A DNA stretch of 64,000 nt from a virus: positions 73,190 to 137,189 of the IMG/VR virus record IMGVR_UViG_3300042914_004291. The stretch is one strand, 5' to 3'. How positions within the stretch are numbered: the first letter of the stretch is position 1; each line of letters starts with the position of its first letter. A program made the position numbers and the translations under genes. This document shows, one piece after another, positions 29,825 to 40,001 of this stretch. The notes beneath the pieces are model-generated. The model searched no databases. It had not been told where the DNA came from and saw only the letters and a program-made list of their open reading frames with translations.

Positions 29825-30280
29825 ATGAACAACTCTACCCCAACAACTCAGCTCGAAATAGGGCAAGTGATATTTTGTATCTCTGGCGACACTGGGGCTT
29901 TGTACCCGGTCCAAGTGACTGAAGAGGTAGTACACAAATCAATCACTGGCACAAAGAAATCCTACACTGTCAGACTTGATCTGTTTGATGATCAAGGTGT
30001 CGTGGAAACCAAGATAACTTCACTTGAATCATTGAACGATCTGTGGTTTCCAACGTTGGCTGTGGCAAAGGATCACATGCTGAAACAGGCAGCAGCTTTT
30101 GTAGATGAAATGGCCGATAAAGCCGAGAAGTTGTCCATGATGAGTTTTGGCGAGGAGATGCGTCAGCTAGCCACTAGTGACACAACAGAACAATCTGGTG
30201 CCATGCCTTCAATAAGAAAGAAACCAACCGTTACAATGCCCGATGGAACAAAGATAGAACTTGATGTACATGAAAACTGA
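29825..30280 (+). CDS. Hypothetical protein
   Basis: 151-aa ORF upstream of GroEL. Confidence 0.8.
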   Translation: MNNSTPTTQLEIGQVIFCISGDTGALYPVQVTEEVVHKSITGTKKSYTVRLDLFDDQGVVETKITSLESLNDLWFPTLAVAKDHMLKQAAAFVDEMADKAEKLSMMSFGEEMRQLATSDTTEQSGAMPSIRKKPTVTMPDGTKIELDVHEN

Positions 30281-31934
30281 AACTACAAAGAAAACCACCG
30301 AAGATCTAGATGGAGTTGTGTTTGGTTCCGTTGCAACTGATGGAATGATGGCCGGGGCACGGAAACTCTATCATGCAGTCGGGTCAACGATGGGTCCAAA
30401 GGGAAAGAATGTTATCATTGATAACGGTGTCACTGCACCCCTGATCACAAAAGACGGCGTCACTGTGGCTAGATCGATCAACCTGAAAGACAAGCTCGAA
30501 AGTATTGGCGCAAACCTTATCAAAGAAGTTGCTGCGAAAACAAACGAAGCTGCCGGAGATGGTACAACGACTGCAACTGTCTTGGCTTACAATTTACTAC
30601 AATCTGGTCTGAAGATGAAAGCTTCAGGTCGATTGACTTCGGATCTTCAGAAAGGCATTGAATGGGCAACAAAGACAGTGATTGATGACCTGACTCGCGG
30701 TGCGATTCAAATCGCTGGCGATCGTGAATCAATCATTAACGTTGGCCAAATCTCATCCCGGGATCGATCTGTTGGAGAGCTGATTGCTGACGCTGTAGAG
30801 AAGGTAGGTCCAAATGGTCTGATCACGATTGAACCTGCAAAGAGCACTAAGACTACACTCGAAGTGACGGATGGTTTGGAGCTTTCAAACGGCTATGTCT
30901 CGCCTTATTTTGTCACAAACCAAGAGAAACTCACGGCCGAACTAAACAACTGTTTGATTCTTGTGACTACCCAGAAGATCTCTACGATGAAAGATATCTT
31001 GAGGGTTCTGGAGGCTATTCAGACCGCCAGCAAAAGTCTCTTGATTGTCGCTGATGACATCGAGGGTGAGGCGCTGCATGCTCTGATCGTCAACAAAACA
31101 AACAAGATCATCAAAGTTTGTGCTATTAAAGCACCGGCTTTTGGTGAACATCGCCACGAGCTCCTCTCTGACCTCGCTTTGGTCACAGGTGCCACGTTGA
31201 TTGATTCCGGGTTCAGTAAACCGCTCTCGTCGGTTGGTAGCGCGGAACTTGGAGCTTGCAACAAAGTAACTGTTAGCAAGAGCAACACAATCATTGTTTC
31301 CGATGTTAGAAACGAGGCCGTAAGAGCCAGGATTGCTACGCTTGAGAGTGCCATTGATCATGCTAGGAAAAACCCTGGATCTCTGAGTGATGATAAGTTT
31401 GAACAGCTCAAAACGCGGCTTGCTAAATTGTCTGGCGGTGTTGCTGTGGTCAAAGTTGGAGGATCTACTGAAGTAGAACTCTTTGAGAAAAAGGATCGTG
31501 TAGAAGATGCTCTGAATGCTACACTTGCTGCTGTTCAAGAAGGAATTCATGCTGGGGGTGGAACTGCACTATGCCTGAACGCGTTTAAATTGTCAAAGAG
31601 GCTCCCAGAACTCTCTAAAACAAGATCAGATGATTTCTGTTCTGGTGTGAGAGTTGTGATTGAAGCATGCCAAGCTCCATTGAAAACAATTGTGAGTAAT
31701 GCTGGTAACAGTCCGGACGTTGTCCTTGCACAGCTAGAAACAAATTTCAACAATGACATAGCTGAGATGGCTGGGTATGGCTTCAACGCAGGAACAGGCG
31801 TGTTCTGCAACCTGATTGAATCCGGAGTGATTGACCCAGTCAAAGTAACGCGGCTAGCCCTCGAATATGCAAGTTCAGTTGCACAGCTATTGCTCACAAC
31901 TGAGTGTGTCGTGTTTGATGCTGGGAATGAATGA
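30270..31934 (+). CDS. groEL: Phage-encoded chaperonin GroEL (Cpn60)
   Basis: Motifs TMGPKGKNV, ITKDGVTVA, AGDGTTTATVLA, KAPAFGE, RLAKLSGGVAVVKVG and GVIDPVKV; no C-terminal GGM tail. Confidence 0.97.
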   Translation: MKTETTKKTTEDLDGVVFGSVATDGMMAGARKLYHAVGSTMGPKGKNVIIDNGVTAPLITKDGVTVARSINLKDKLESIGANLIKEVAAKTNEAAGDGTTTATVLAYNLLQSGLKMKASGRLTSDLQKGIEWATKTVIDDLTRGAIQIAGDRESIINVGQISSRDRSVGELIADAVEKVGPNGLITIEPAKSTKTTLEVTDGLELSNGYVSPYFVTNQEKLTAELNNCLILVTTQKISTMKDILRVLEAIQTASKSLLIVADDIEGEALHALIVNKTNKIIKVCAIKAPAFGEHRHELLSDLALVTGATLIDSGFSKPLSSVGSAELGACNKVTVSKSNTIIVSDVRNEAVRARIATLESAIDHARKNPGSLSDDKFEQLKTRLAKLSGGVAVVKVGGSTEVELFEKKDRVEDALNATLAAVQEGIHAGGGTALCLNAFKLSKRLPELSKTRSDDFCSGVRVVIEACQAPLKTIVSNAGNSPDVVLAQLETNFNNDIAEMAGYGFNAGTGVFCNLIESGVIDPVKVTRLALEYASSVAQLLLTTECVVFDAGNE

Positions 31935-31966
31935 TAAACGAACAGAACTAAAAGGAAACAACAATA

Positions 31967-32317
31967 ATGGCTAACGGCGACAGAGTAATCATAGGCAAGA
32001 ACATCTCACAAGGCATTCACGGTTACGACCCAAAGATCACGGTACCTGTGTATGAAATTGAACATCGCAATGGCGTTGCAGTTCTTGATGACAAAGGGTG
32101 TGGTATCAGCAAAATGATTGGAGGAGCAACTGGAGGCTCTGTTGGAACAATTGAAGGACTTGCTGTTCCAGTGCATCGATCAACTTTGAGAGAAGCAACC
32201 GTTGGACATGCTGCATCTTCTGGCGGCTTGGATGCTGTGTATCTGATCCCTGTTAGATTTGATAATTACCAGAAGGTTGCCTATGTCTATTCACAAAACT
32301 TAAGAGTCACTAGCTGA
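31967..32317 (+). CDS. Hypothetical protein downstream of GroEL
   Basis: 116 aa with SD-like AAGGA upstream. Confidence 0.8.
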   Translation: MANGDRVIIGKNISQGIHGYDPKITVPVYEIEHRNGVAVLDDKGCGISKMIGGATGGSVGTIEGLAVPVHRSTLREATVGHAASSGGLDAVYLIPVRFDNYQKVAYVYSQNLRVTS

Positions 32318-32440
32318 GAAGCTTTTCTAGTAGTGATTTCTACGCTCCCAGACCCTGTACTAATATACTCTTAGTATCTTACTAGTATACCCCATACTCT
32401 TCTTCTTCTTCTCTTGCTCGGATAGGGTAGGGAACTAGGA

Positions 32441-32767
32441 GTGGAAGGAATGATGATGCAACAGAAGAATAAAAGAACACCACAAGTAGACCAGTTATCC
32501 TTCACTCTCACATATCAACTTATCAAAGCAACAGAAGAGTTGCTCGATGATGTTTTATCGGCCGGATATGAAGGATATGTGAAGATCATTGCTAACATCG
32601 ATCATGAGAACCGTTCGAAAGCGCCTGTTCTGTTGGATGTTCGCCTTGAAAAGCTTGGATCCAAGGTCGAGTGGAGCGTGGAAAGGCTCAGAAAGTCCTG
32701 CTCGGAAGCAAATTGTGCCGTGTTTGACATAGTCCAAGGCAAAGGATGCAAGCGCATTGCTGTTTAA
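32441..32767 (+). CDS. Hypothetical protein
   Basis: 108-aa ORF between the GroEL operon and primase. Confidence 0.6.
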   Translation: MEGMMMQQKNKRTPQVDQLSFTLTYQLIKATEELLDDVLSAGYEGYVKIIANIDHENRSKAPVLLDVRLEKLGSKVEWSVERLRKSCSEANCAVFDIVQGKGCKRIAV

Positions 32768-32768
32768 C

Positions 32769-32797
32769 TTGACTCGCTTCACTGATCATTCTATGAT
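32769..32797 (+). promoter_or_regulatory. Sigma70-type promoter, leaderless primase mRNA
   Basis: TTGACT-17 nt-TATGAT, then 6 nt and the GTG start at 32804. Confidence 0.75.
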
Positions 32798-32803
32798 TGT
32801 CTA

Positions 32804-33832
32804 GTGCTAACAACAGATACCATCGGCAACAGGCTTTTTTTCTTGGAGCGCGCTCTAGGCCAAAAACAAAGCAAGAACACAACCAACCCAACATTTGTTT
32901 GCCCATGGTGCGCAGAGAAACTCCTAGGAACAAAAAAGAAATTCACAGTCCGGACAGACAACTGGCTCACACACTGCTGGGTTTGCGGCTACAAGTCACG
33001 CAACATCGGTGAGACGCTTGCAAGGTTTCGCCCAGACCTCCTAGGAGAATATACAGCGGCTTTCTTGGGTTCGGATGGGTCTTTGGCCGTCCTGGACGAA
33101 AACGGGCACCACAAATTCTCCTGGAATGATCAATCAAATGTTTTTGAGTCCGGGACTCACCAGTTGCCGGAGGGGTATATGTTCCTGGGCGAGATCATGC
33201 ACTGGCAGCGAGGTTGTGCTGAGGGTGTCATGACTGATGCTTTGAATTATTGCAGACAAAGACACTTGACTGAGACGGACGTTTGGCGTTACAAGATTGG
33301 ATATTGTTTTACTGGGAAGATGGCGGGGCGTCTGGTTGTGCCTTCGTACGATGCTACGGGCGTGATGAATTATTTTGTGGCAAGAACAGTGCGAAAGGGT
33401 ATCAAACCTCCGTATGAAAATCCTGAAACACCAAAGAAACAGTTCATCTTCAACGAGATGAACATAGACTGGTCCGCTCCTGTGTGGCTTGTAGAAGGTG
33501 TGTTTGATATGTTCAAGATTCCGTCAACGAATGTTGTTCCGTTGATTGGAAAAGAGCTTGGATTTGATTATAAGCTTTTCGAGAAGTTGGTAGAACACAA
33601 CACGCCTGCAATCGTTGCATTAGACAACGATGCAAACAGAGAGCGTTTCAGAATTGCAGAGATGTTGTTTGACAGCGGAATAACTGAAATTCATACTGCT
33701 TCATGGGATGCCCGCTGGAAAGATCCCGGAGCGTTCTACAGTGCCAGCCAGTTTGCTGCGAATGTACAATTGAAACAGTTCAATGGGCTCGATTCGATGC
33801 TGGCAGAAAAAATAAGAAGATCCTTGAGTTAA
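32804..33832 (+). CDS. DNA primase (Zn-binding domain plus TOPRIM)
   Basis: CPWC...HCWVC zinc finger, GRLVVP, YFVAR, LVEGVFD, ALDND and KDP. Confidence 0.9.
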   Translation: MLTTDTIGNRLFFLERALGQKQSKNTTNPTFVCPWCAEKLLGTKKKFTVRTDNWLTHCWVCGYKSRNIGETLARFRPDLLGEYTAAFLGSDGSLAVLDENGHHKFSWNDQSNVFESGTHQLPEGYMFLGEIMHWQRGCAEGVMTDALNYCRQRHLTETDVWRYKIGYCFTGKMAGRLVVPSYDATGVMNYFVARTVRKGIKPPYENPETPKKQFIFNEMNIDWSAPVWLVEGVFDMFKIPSTNVVPLIGKELGFDYKLFEKLVEHNTPAIVALDNDANRERFRIAEMLFDSGITEIHTASWDARWKDPGAFYSASQFAANVQLKQFNGLDSMLAEKIRRSLS

Positions 33833-33835
33833 ACA

Positions 33836-36800
33836 ATGAAGATAGCACACATCTCTGACATTCACTTTCGCGGTATTGCAAGGCACAAAGAATACACAGA
33901 GTGTTTTGAAAATCTGTTTGAAGATCTTGCAAATGAAGTTAAACCGGATTACATCGTGTGCACGGGAGACTGGTTCCACACCAAGACAGTGGCAATCACA
34001 CCTGAAGTTATTGAAAAAATAACTTGGGTGTTGCGCAAGCTTAGTAGCATTGCTCCGTTGATTGGGATTCTTGGAAACCATGATGGCAACCTTGCAAATG
34101 AAAACAGACAAGACACCATCACTCCAATTGCTAACGCAGTAGACAGCCCACGAGTCAACATCTATAAGCAAACAGGCATGTACACGATGCCCGACAACAT
34201 GTTGCGTGTCTGCGTCCTGTCACCATTTGACAAGAGCAACTGGAATGAAACTCTACGAGATTTTATTTCCGGGCAATCGGATGACAAAGTTTCGATATGC
34301 TTATACCACGGTTCTGTTGTTGGTTGTTTGACGGACAGTGACTGGGTTATGACTAAAGGTGCCGAAGAGCACATGGATTACTTCTCAGGAATTGATTTCG
34401 GTTTGTTTGGTGATATTCACCAGCAACAATTTCTCTCTTTCAGAGAAGACAAGTTTGGTAATCAGAAGCCAAACGTTGCATATCCTGGAAGCATGATCCA
34501 GCAAAACTATGGCGAATCGACTGTCAAAGGGTATCTTGTTTGGGATGTCAGATCGAGAAATGACTGGGATGTGGAGTTCCGGCGCGTACACAACAGTAGC
34601 AGTTTTGTTACGGTACAATGGCATGGCTCTGCGAATGAAACAGTCGCAGCACTCACAAAAGAGTATGGACTGAATCTTGCTGGAAAAAGCATCCGAGTCA
34701 TGTCCAGGAACACCATATTCGACATTCAGAAGACAGATCTGACGAATCAGTTGCGCACACAATACAAGGCCACTGAGGTAGTGTTCCGGTTTGAGAAAAA
34801 GCGCGAGACTGCAACAAGCCTTTATTCTGATGGCGAGATCGAGCCGGATGATCTTTTCAACACACACAAAGCTGACGGCGGAACCGTGGCGATGATCGAT
34901 GTCGTCGTCAAAGCGCTTAAGAAATATGTTGCTGACAACCAGGATGCTGTCCATGTTGTATCTGGTTCTTCAACAGAAAAAGCAATGATTGATCTCGCCA
35001 CTGCCTATTACAACAAAGTTGCTGTCAGTTCAGAGATGAAACGCGACGTTGTATGGTCGTTGAAGAACATGAACTTCAGCAACCTCTACAAGTTTGGAGA
35101 AGACAACACAATCAACTTTTCCAGAATGCGCGGCATTACCGGAATCTTCGGCGGCAACGCCAGTGGCAAAAGCTCCATCATTGGTGCGATGATGTTCGGC
35201 TTGTTCAATACCACTGATCGTGGGCCGGTGAAGGCAGCACACATCATCAACAGAAACAAAGCCTCTGGGAGCGCAGAGATCTTGTTCAACGTTGCTGGTA
35301 CTGATTATGTTTTGCGGCGAGAAGTAACGAAGTCCAGATCCAGGAAAGGGATTGACCACGAGAAGGCTGCTGGAAAACTCTATCTTGCCAAAGTAGACCT
35401 GTCAGGCACCGAGATTGAGATAAGTTCTGAGAATGCAGAGACTAGATCTGATACCGACAAGGTTGTCCGAAACTTGATCGGTTCCTCCCAGGACTATCTC
35501 ATGACTGGATTGGCCTCGCAGGGCGAGATGAATCGATTCATCAAAGAAGGCCCTACAGCAAGAAAACAAATGATATCACGATTTCTTGATCTTAGGATCT
35601 ATGAAGACATCTACAAGCTAGCCAACGACGACCTCAACGTGATGAACGCAAAGACCCAGCGCTTCAGGGGTGTTGATTTTGCGGCTAGAATGATTCAGCT
35701 ATGTTCAGAGCAAGAGAAGCTTTCAAACGAAGCTGATAAACTCAAAGAAGACATCGAGGCTGTCGAAGAGGAGATCACAGATACTAAGGCTTGGCTCACA
35801 GCAAACCACAGCAGCAAGATCGACAGTCTGATAGAGAAGAAACGAATCTCAGACGAAGCTTTGGCTGATCTGGAATCGAAACGAAACCGCTCAACTGTTG
35901 AACTTAGAACACATGAGAGCAAGATTGCATCAATCGAGAAACAGCTTGAAGCAGAGATCGTACGGCTGTCCGGAATGGAGCTGGAATCCGATCTTCAAAT
36001 CAAGAAAAGCAAACTTGATGGTCTGAACAGAAAGCTTGCAGATCTGGTATCGAGCGAACGAATCGGAAATGCTCTTGCCAAGAAACAAGAAGAGTCTGTG
36101 CGCAGGCTGGCTGTTGTGCCATGCGGTGATCAATATCTAGACGCCTGCAAATACATCGCAGGAGCCAATGAAGATCGTGTGCAGCTAACCAAGACAAATG
36201 AAGAGCTTACAGCGATTGTGCAGGACATGAAACTTCTGCGGCAAGAAATCTATGTGCTTGGCCAAGCTGACATTGATCAGTTGATCAAGTCCAGACAGCT
36301 AGCTGGAAGAGCAGTGGAAGATTTGCAGACCAAGCTAGCCACGGCTCTCTCTGAAAAGAGCTACAAAGAACAACTGAATGAATCGATCAACTCCAGTTTT
36401 GCCATGGCACAAACAGAGAATGAGAAGTTAAAAGAAGAGTACCAGGAGCTTTTGACCAAGATCGAAGAACTGGAATCAAAACAAGAAGAGCTGAAATCGT
36501 TGCAGCAAGAGTTGAATGATCTACGTGTTCAGTTCCAGAACAACATGAAGGCAACAGGAGCTTGCGCAAACAAGCTTGTGACTATAGAAGCAGACAAGCT
36601 AGAAGCAGAGAAACTCACAGCCGAACAGAAAATACTGGATGCTATCTGTGTTGCATTCTCTAAGAACGCCATCCCAGCAATGGTAATTCAGTCTGCACTG
36701 CCGTACATCAATGCCGAACTGGACAACATCCTCGGCGGCGTCATTCCGTTCAGAGTATATCTCCAGACAGAAGTTGGAGACTCAAACGTACTAGACGTGA

Positions 36801-37117
36801 TGATTGAAGACGAATACTCTTCCAGGATCATTGAACTGGCTTCCGGCTATGAGAAGATGATTGCCAGCTTGGCTCTGCGTGTTGCGTTGATCAACCTTTC
36901 ACGCCTACCAAAGCCAGACTTCCTTGTGATCGATGAAGGCTGGGATGTTCTTGATGAGACAAACGTTTCAAGAGCCGTAGAGCTCTTGAACGCACTCAAG
37001 ACAAAGTTCAAACACATTCTCGTGATATCACACGTCAACGCTCTCAAAGAGGCTGCTGATGATTTTATCATGATTCAATCAGGAACAGCAAACGAACCCT
37101 CCTTTGTGTCATACTGA
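33836..37117 (+). CDS. Fused SbcD/Mre11 nuclease and SbcC/Rad50 ATPase (gp47-gp46-like)
   Basis: Phosphoesterase motifs SDIH, TGDWFH, GNHD and GDIH; Walker A GGNASGKSS, coiled coil, signature ASGYE, Walker B LVIDEG and H-loop ISH. Confidence 0.95.
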   Translation: MKIAHISDIHFRGIARHKEYTECFENLFEDLANEVKPDYIVCTGDWFHTKTVAITPEVIEKITWVLRKLSSIAPLIGILGNHDGNLANENRQDTITPIANAVDSPRVNIYKQTGMYTMPDNMLRVCVLSPFDKSNWNETLRDFISGQSDDKVSICLYHGSVVGCLTDSDWVMTKGAEEHMDYFSGIDFGLFGDIHQQQFLSFREDKFGNQKPNVAYPGSMIQQNYGESTVKGYLVWDVRSRNDWDVEFRRVHNSSSFVTVQWHGSANETVAALTKEYGLNLAGKSIRVMSRNTIFDIQKTDLTNQLRTQYKATEVVFRFEKKRETATSLYSDGEIEPDDLFNTHKADGGTVAMIDVVVKALKKYVADNQDAVHVVSGSSTEKAMIDLATAYYNKVAVSSEMKRDVVWSLKNMNFSNLYKFGEDNTINFSRMRGITGIFGGNASGKSSIIGAMMFGLFNTTDRGPVKAAHIINRNKASGSAEILFNVAGTDYVLRREVTKSRSRKGIDHEKAAGKLYLAKVDLSGTEIEISSENAETRSDTDKVVRNLIGSSQDYLMTGLASQGEMNRFIKEGPTARKQMISRFLDLRIYEDIYKLANDDLNVMNAKTQRFRGVDFAARMIQLCSEQEKLSNEADKLKEDIEAVEEEITDTKAWLTANHSSKIDSLIEKKRISDEALADLESKRNRSTVELRTHESKIASIEKQLEAEIVRLSGMELESDLQIKKSKLDGLNRKLADLVSSERIGNALAKKQEESVRRLAVVPCGDQYLDACKYIAGANEDRVQLTKTNEELTAIVQDMKLLRQEIYVLGQADIDQLIKSRQLAGRAVEDLQTKLATALSEKSYKEQLNESINSSFAMAQTENEKLKEEYQELLTKIEELESKQEELKSLQQELNDLRVQFQNNMKATGACANKLVTIEADKLEAEKLTAEQKILDAICVAFSKNAIPAMVIQSALPYINAELDNILGGVIPFRVYLQTEVGDSNVLDVMIEDEYSSRIIELASGYEKMIASLALRVALINLSRLPKPDFLVIDEGWDVLDETNVSRAVELLNALKTKFKHILVISHVNALKEAADDFIMIQSGTANEPSFVSY

Positions 37118-37121
37118 CCAC

Positions 37122-37150
37122 TTGACAACCGTCATGAGCCATGCTAGCCT
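37122..37150 (+). promoter_or_regulatory. Sigma70-type promoter followed by a GC-rich leader hairpin
   Basis: TTGACA-17 nt-TAGCCT with TG extension; imperfect inverted repeat at 37153-37197. Confidence 0.7.
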
Positions 37151-37245
37151 CTAGAGTGTGCCCGCCGCGGTAGATGGCCTTCGCGGCAAGCACCTCTTAA
37201 CAACTTCAACAAAACCCAGGCCATTAAGAAAGATAGTGAACTCAC

Positions 37246-37620
37246 ATGACACGTTTCGCACTTCGTTCATCAGCATCCGATCGCCGCCGAGCCAAGGCTC
37301 TAGAGTCCAAGAACTATTTCGAGGAGAATGTCTTCTGCGCTCAGTTGGTAAGGCGGTATTTTGCTGTGCTTCCTACCCTGGATGTGCAGTACAGTTTTGA
37401 TATTGATCCGGAAACGCCTCCAACCTCTAGTTCAAACTATACCGTGAAGGCGCTCCTACAAACGATCAGTCCATATGTGAGCCCTACAGTGTATAACACA
37501 CTGAAGACAGCTTGGAGTGATTATCATCTGAATGCACGTTCGAGCATCACAGCAGAATCTGTGGCGGATCAGATCAATGCCGAGGCTCGACAGGCCATGG
37601 CATATCAATACAATGGCTGA
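37246..37620 (+). CDS. Hypothetical protein
   Basis: 124 aa; its stop overlaps the next start. Confidence 0.7.
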   Translation: MTRFALRSSASDRRRAKALESKNYFEENVFCAQLVRRYFAVLPTLDVQYSFDIDPETPPTSSSNYTVKALLQTISPYVSPTVYNTLKTAWSDYHLNARSSITAESVADQINAEARQAMAYQYNG

Positions 37621-37825
37621 AAGTCTCCCGTTCATTTGCAAGCGCTGCAAAGTCCCTCTGAATGCGAAAGAGGATGCCGAGACTGTTTCGAGTCATGGCA
37701 CTTGCAAGATGTGTTTTGATCGCTGGATCAAAACAGGCCGTGAACCGGATCAACAAGAATGGGAAGAGTATATGGCAGTACGTAAGCTGAAATGGCTTAA
37801 TTTCCCATCAGTCGTTGTCAACTGA
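37613..37825 (+). CDS. Small CxxC...CxxC zinc-finger protein
   Basis: MAESLPFICKRC...HGTCKMCFDRW. Confidence 0.7.
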   Translation: MAESLPFICKRCKVPLNAKEDAETVSSHGTCKMCFDRWIKTGREPDQQEWEEYMAVRKLKWLNFPSVVVN

Positions 37826-37850
37826 CCATTCCTAGTTAGGCCATAATATC

Positions 37851-38303
37851 ATGGCCCTCATAGAAAACAAAGAACTCTACGATGTCTTAGCAAATATCGT
37901 CGACACCACCTTCAACTCATCCGAGCGACAGAACAACGTCTTTGTCAAACTCAAAGTGACTGATGACCAAACAATCTCTGTGATGGCACAGAGAATAGTG
38001 AACGTCCAGTCTGCTAAGTTCTACAATGAGATGCGCAAACACTACGAGGATGAGCTCGTTGAAGTCATCAACAAAACGTTAGAGAATTTAAAGACGGCTT
38101 ATCTCAGAGAAGTTGAGATCAGATCAAAGCGACTCGACAAATCATCCATCGGCGCCCCTAGACATGAGAAGATCCCGGGCTCGATCAGTTTGAAATTGAT
38201 CAAAGGGACTTTGCATGATGATCTAGAGTTTGTTGGAATGTCTGCTCACAGATCAAACAAACAGGCTTTCTATAAGCTTTTTGCAACAGTCGAAGTCAAC
38301 TGA
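37851..38303 (+). CDS. Hypothetical protein
   Basis: 150 aa, TAGTTA upstream (37833-37838). Confidence 0.8.
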   Translation: MALIENKELYDVLANIVDTTFNSSERQNNVFVKLKVTDDQTISVMAQRIVNVQSAKFYNEMRKHYEDELVEVINKTLENLKTAYLREVEIRSKRLDKSSIGAPRHEKIPGSISLKLIKGTLHDDLEFVGMSAHRSNKQAFYKLFATVEVN

Positions 38304-38309
38304 CGGGTA

Positions 38310-39980
38310 TCACTGTTTGTAGAGCCAACCAAACTCTTTCCGCAAGAGCATCTCATTTTCTAGTGATTGTTTTGATGTGGTGTTTGCCGCAAAACGTGCA
38401 TATCCAACCTTCTTGATTCCGCCTGGAGTCGATGATCTTCCCATCCCAGCCAGCATAGCATTTGCCAATGTGCTTGAGTTGCCACTGCTAGCAGCAAACA
38501 TTGAAGGTAGGTCGGCATTTGGACTGAACATCTGCAAGCCGATTGCTGCTGCCATGATCAAGTCGTCATGTTTCTTTTTCTGAGCCTGTCCGCGTTTACC
38601 GTTCCAGATGAAAGTCTCCATCTCTACTAGGAACCGTTCGGAAAAAATCCTCACTTTCTTTGTTCGGATGTTCTGTTCCATGAATTGTAAGATTCTTTCC
38701 CTGTTGTCTGGCCCCATCGTCAACCCTGGATAGATCTCAGCTTTCTCCTCTTCCGTCATTGATATCAGTTTTTCTTCGACCTCTTGAGGATAATACAGGT
38801 TTGGATACTTGATGTTCTTCAAGGCAATGCTTGTGCTCAATCCAACACTGTTGAGCTCGTTGGCGATTTTTGCCATGTTGTATTTTCTCCCCCATTCGTC
38901 AAGAATTGCTGCGAACCTGTCAGGTGGAACTTTGCCCTGGTACTCAACCACGGCCTCAGAAGTTGTTGTATCAAAGATATAGAAGGTTGAGAAGTCCTCG
39001 GCATCGCCTCTCGCAACGTCAGCAGACAAGACGTATTCATGGCCAGGAACCGGAGTTCGCCAGACATGTGCATCTCCTGTTCTTTTATTCCCAATCATCA
39101 CTGGGATGTTCAGAGCAGGAGACGTCATGATATTCCGGACATATTGAATAGACTCATCATTGAAGAAGCTCATCGAGCTACCCTCAAAGCTACAGAGCAA
39201 CTCCTGAGCTATACCTCTCTCATCCAGACCAGCGCACTGTTCCTCATACCAATCTTGTCCGCGTTCCGGATGTACGGTCCATGGAAGTTTGATTGCATGA
39301 AAACCGTTCTTGCCTTCGCCTCTGTATTGAATACCGACCTTGTTTGGCTCAGTTTCTTTTGTTTCAGCTCCTTGCCATAGAGTAAAGAAGTGGCCTTTAC
39401 CTTTGGGTGTACTGAAGATGATTGCTTTACCACCAGTAGACAAAGTGCTGAACAAACCAGTCCACAGTTCCGCAAAGTTCTCGATGTGCGCCGCCTCGTC
39501 GATCACAAGGAGTGAAAGAGCCTCAGAACGACCCGCGTCTGCTGCTGTTGGGATTGCCGTGATCTTTGAACCGTTGCTGAATTTGATGTACTTGACAGAC
39601 TCGCTCTCTGGGTCTGTGATTTTCAAAGCTTCGAGCATCCACTCCGGGAGCATCTTGAACGCCACCCGGATCTTCTGGATCATGTTCTTTCCAACCTCCA
39701 GTTTGGTCGCCATGATGCAGATGTTCACGTCCCTTTGGAATACTGCCATCCAAAGACAATAAGCCGAAGTGATCGTTGACAGCCCTAGCTGCCTGGACTT
39801 CAAGACGATGTTCTTCTTGTATTTGACAAAGCTCTCAATACATTCTTCCTGGAAAGGATAGAGGTTGAGTGGTAGTCTACCCTTGGTTGGGTGCTGGATG
39901 AAACAGTAACGTTTGATGAAATAGATTGGGTCTTTGCCACACTTGAGAATTTCTTCTACGTGTTGCTTGCGGGTCATCAT
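38310..39980 (-). CDS. terL: Terminase large subunit (T4 gp17-like)
   Basis: LYPFQ, KSRQLGLST, Walker B LLVIDEAA, FSTP, nuclease motifs SADVARG and HDDLIMA. Confidence 0.96.
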   Translation of the reverse strand: MMTRKQHVEEILKCGKDPIYFIKRYCFIQHPTKGRLPLNLYPFQEECIESFVKYKKNIVLKSRQLGLSTITSAYCLWMAVFQRDVNICIMATKLEVGKNMIQKIRVAFKMLPEWMLEALKITDPESESVKYIKFSNGSKITAIPTAADAGRSEALSLLVIDEAAHIENFAELWTGLFSTLSTGGKAIIFSTPKGKGHFFTLWQGAETKETEPNKVGIQYRGEGKNGFHAIKLPWTVHPERGQDWYEEQCAGLDERGIAQELLCSFEGSSMSFFNDESIQYVRNIMTSPALNIPVMIGNKRTGDAHVWRTPVPGHEYVLSADVARGDAEDFSTFYIFDTTTSEAVVEYQGKVPPDRFAAILDEWGRKYNMAKIANELNSVGLSTSIALKNIKYPNLYYPQEVEEKLISMTEEEKAEIYPGLTMGPDNRERILQFMEQNIRTKKVRIFSERFLVEMETFIWNGKRGQAQKKKHDDLIMAAAIGLQMFSPNADLPSMFAASSGNSSTLANAMLAGMGRSSTPGGIKKVGYARFAANTTSKQSLENEMLLRKEFGWLYKQ

Positions 39981-40001
39981 GATGTTAGTAACAATATAAC
40001 A

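Noticed and set aside
30942-31897. Long antisense ORFs opposite GroEL, and similar ones opposite the sheath, capsid and SbcCD genes
   Set aside because: These are typical shadow frames of codon-biased genes, with no independent start signals.
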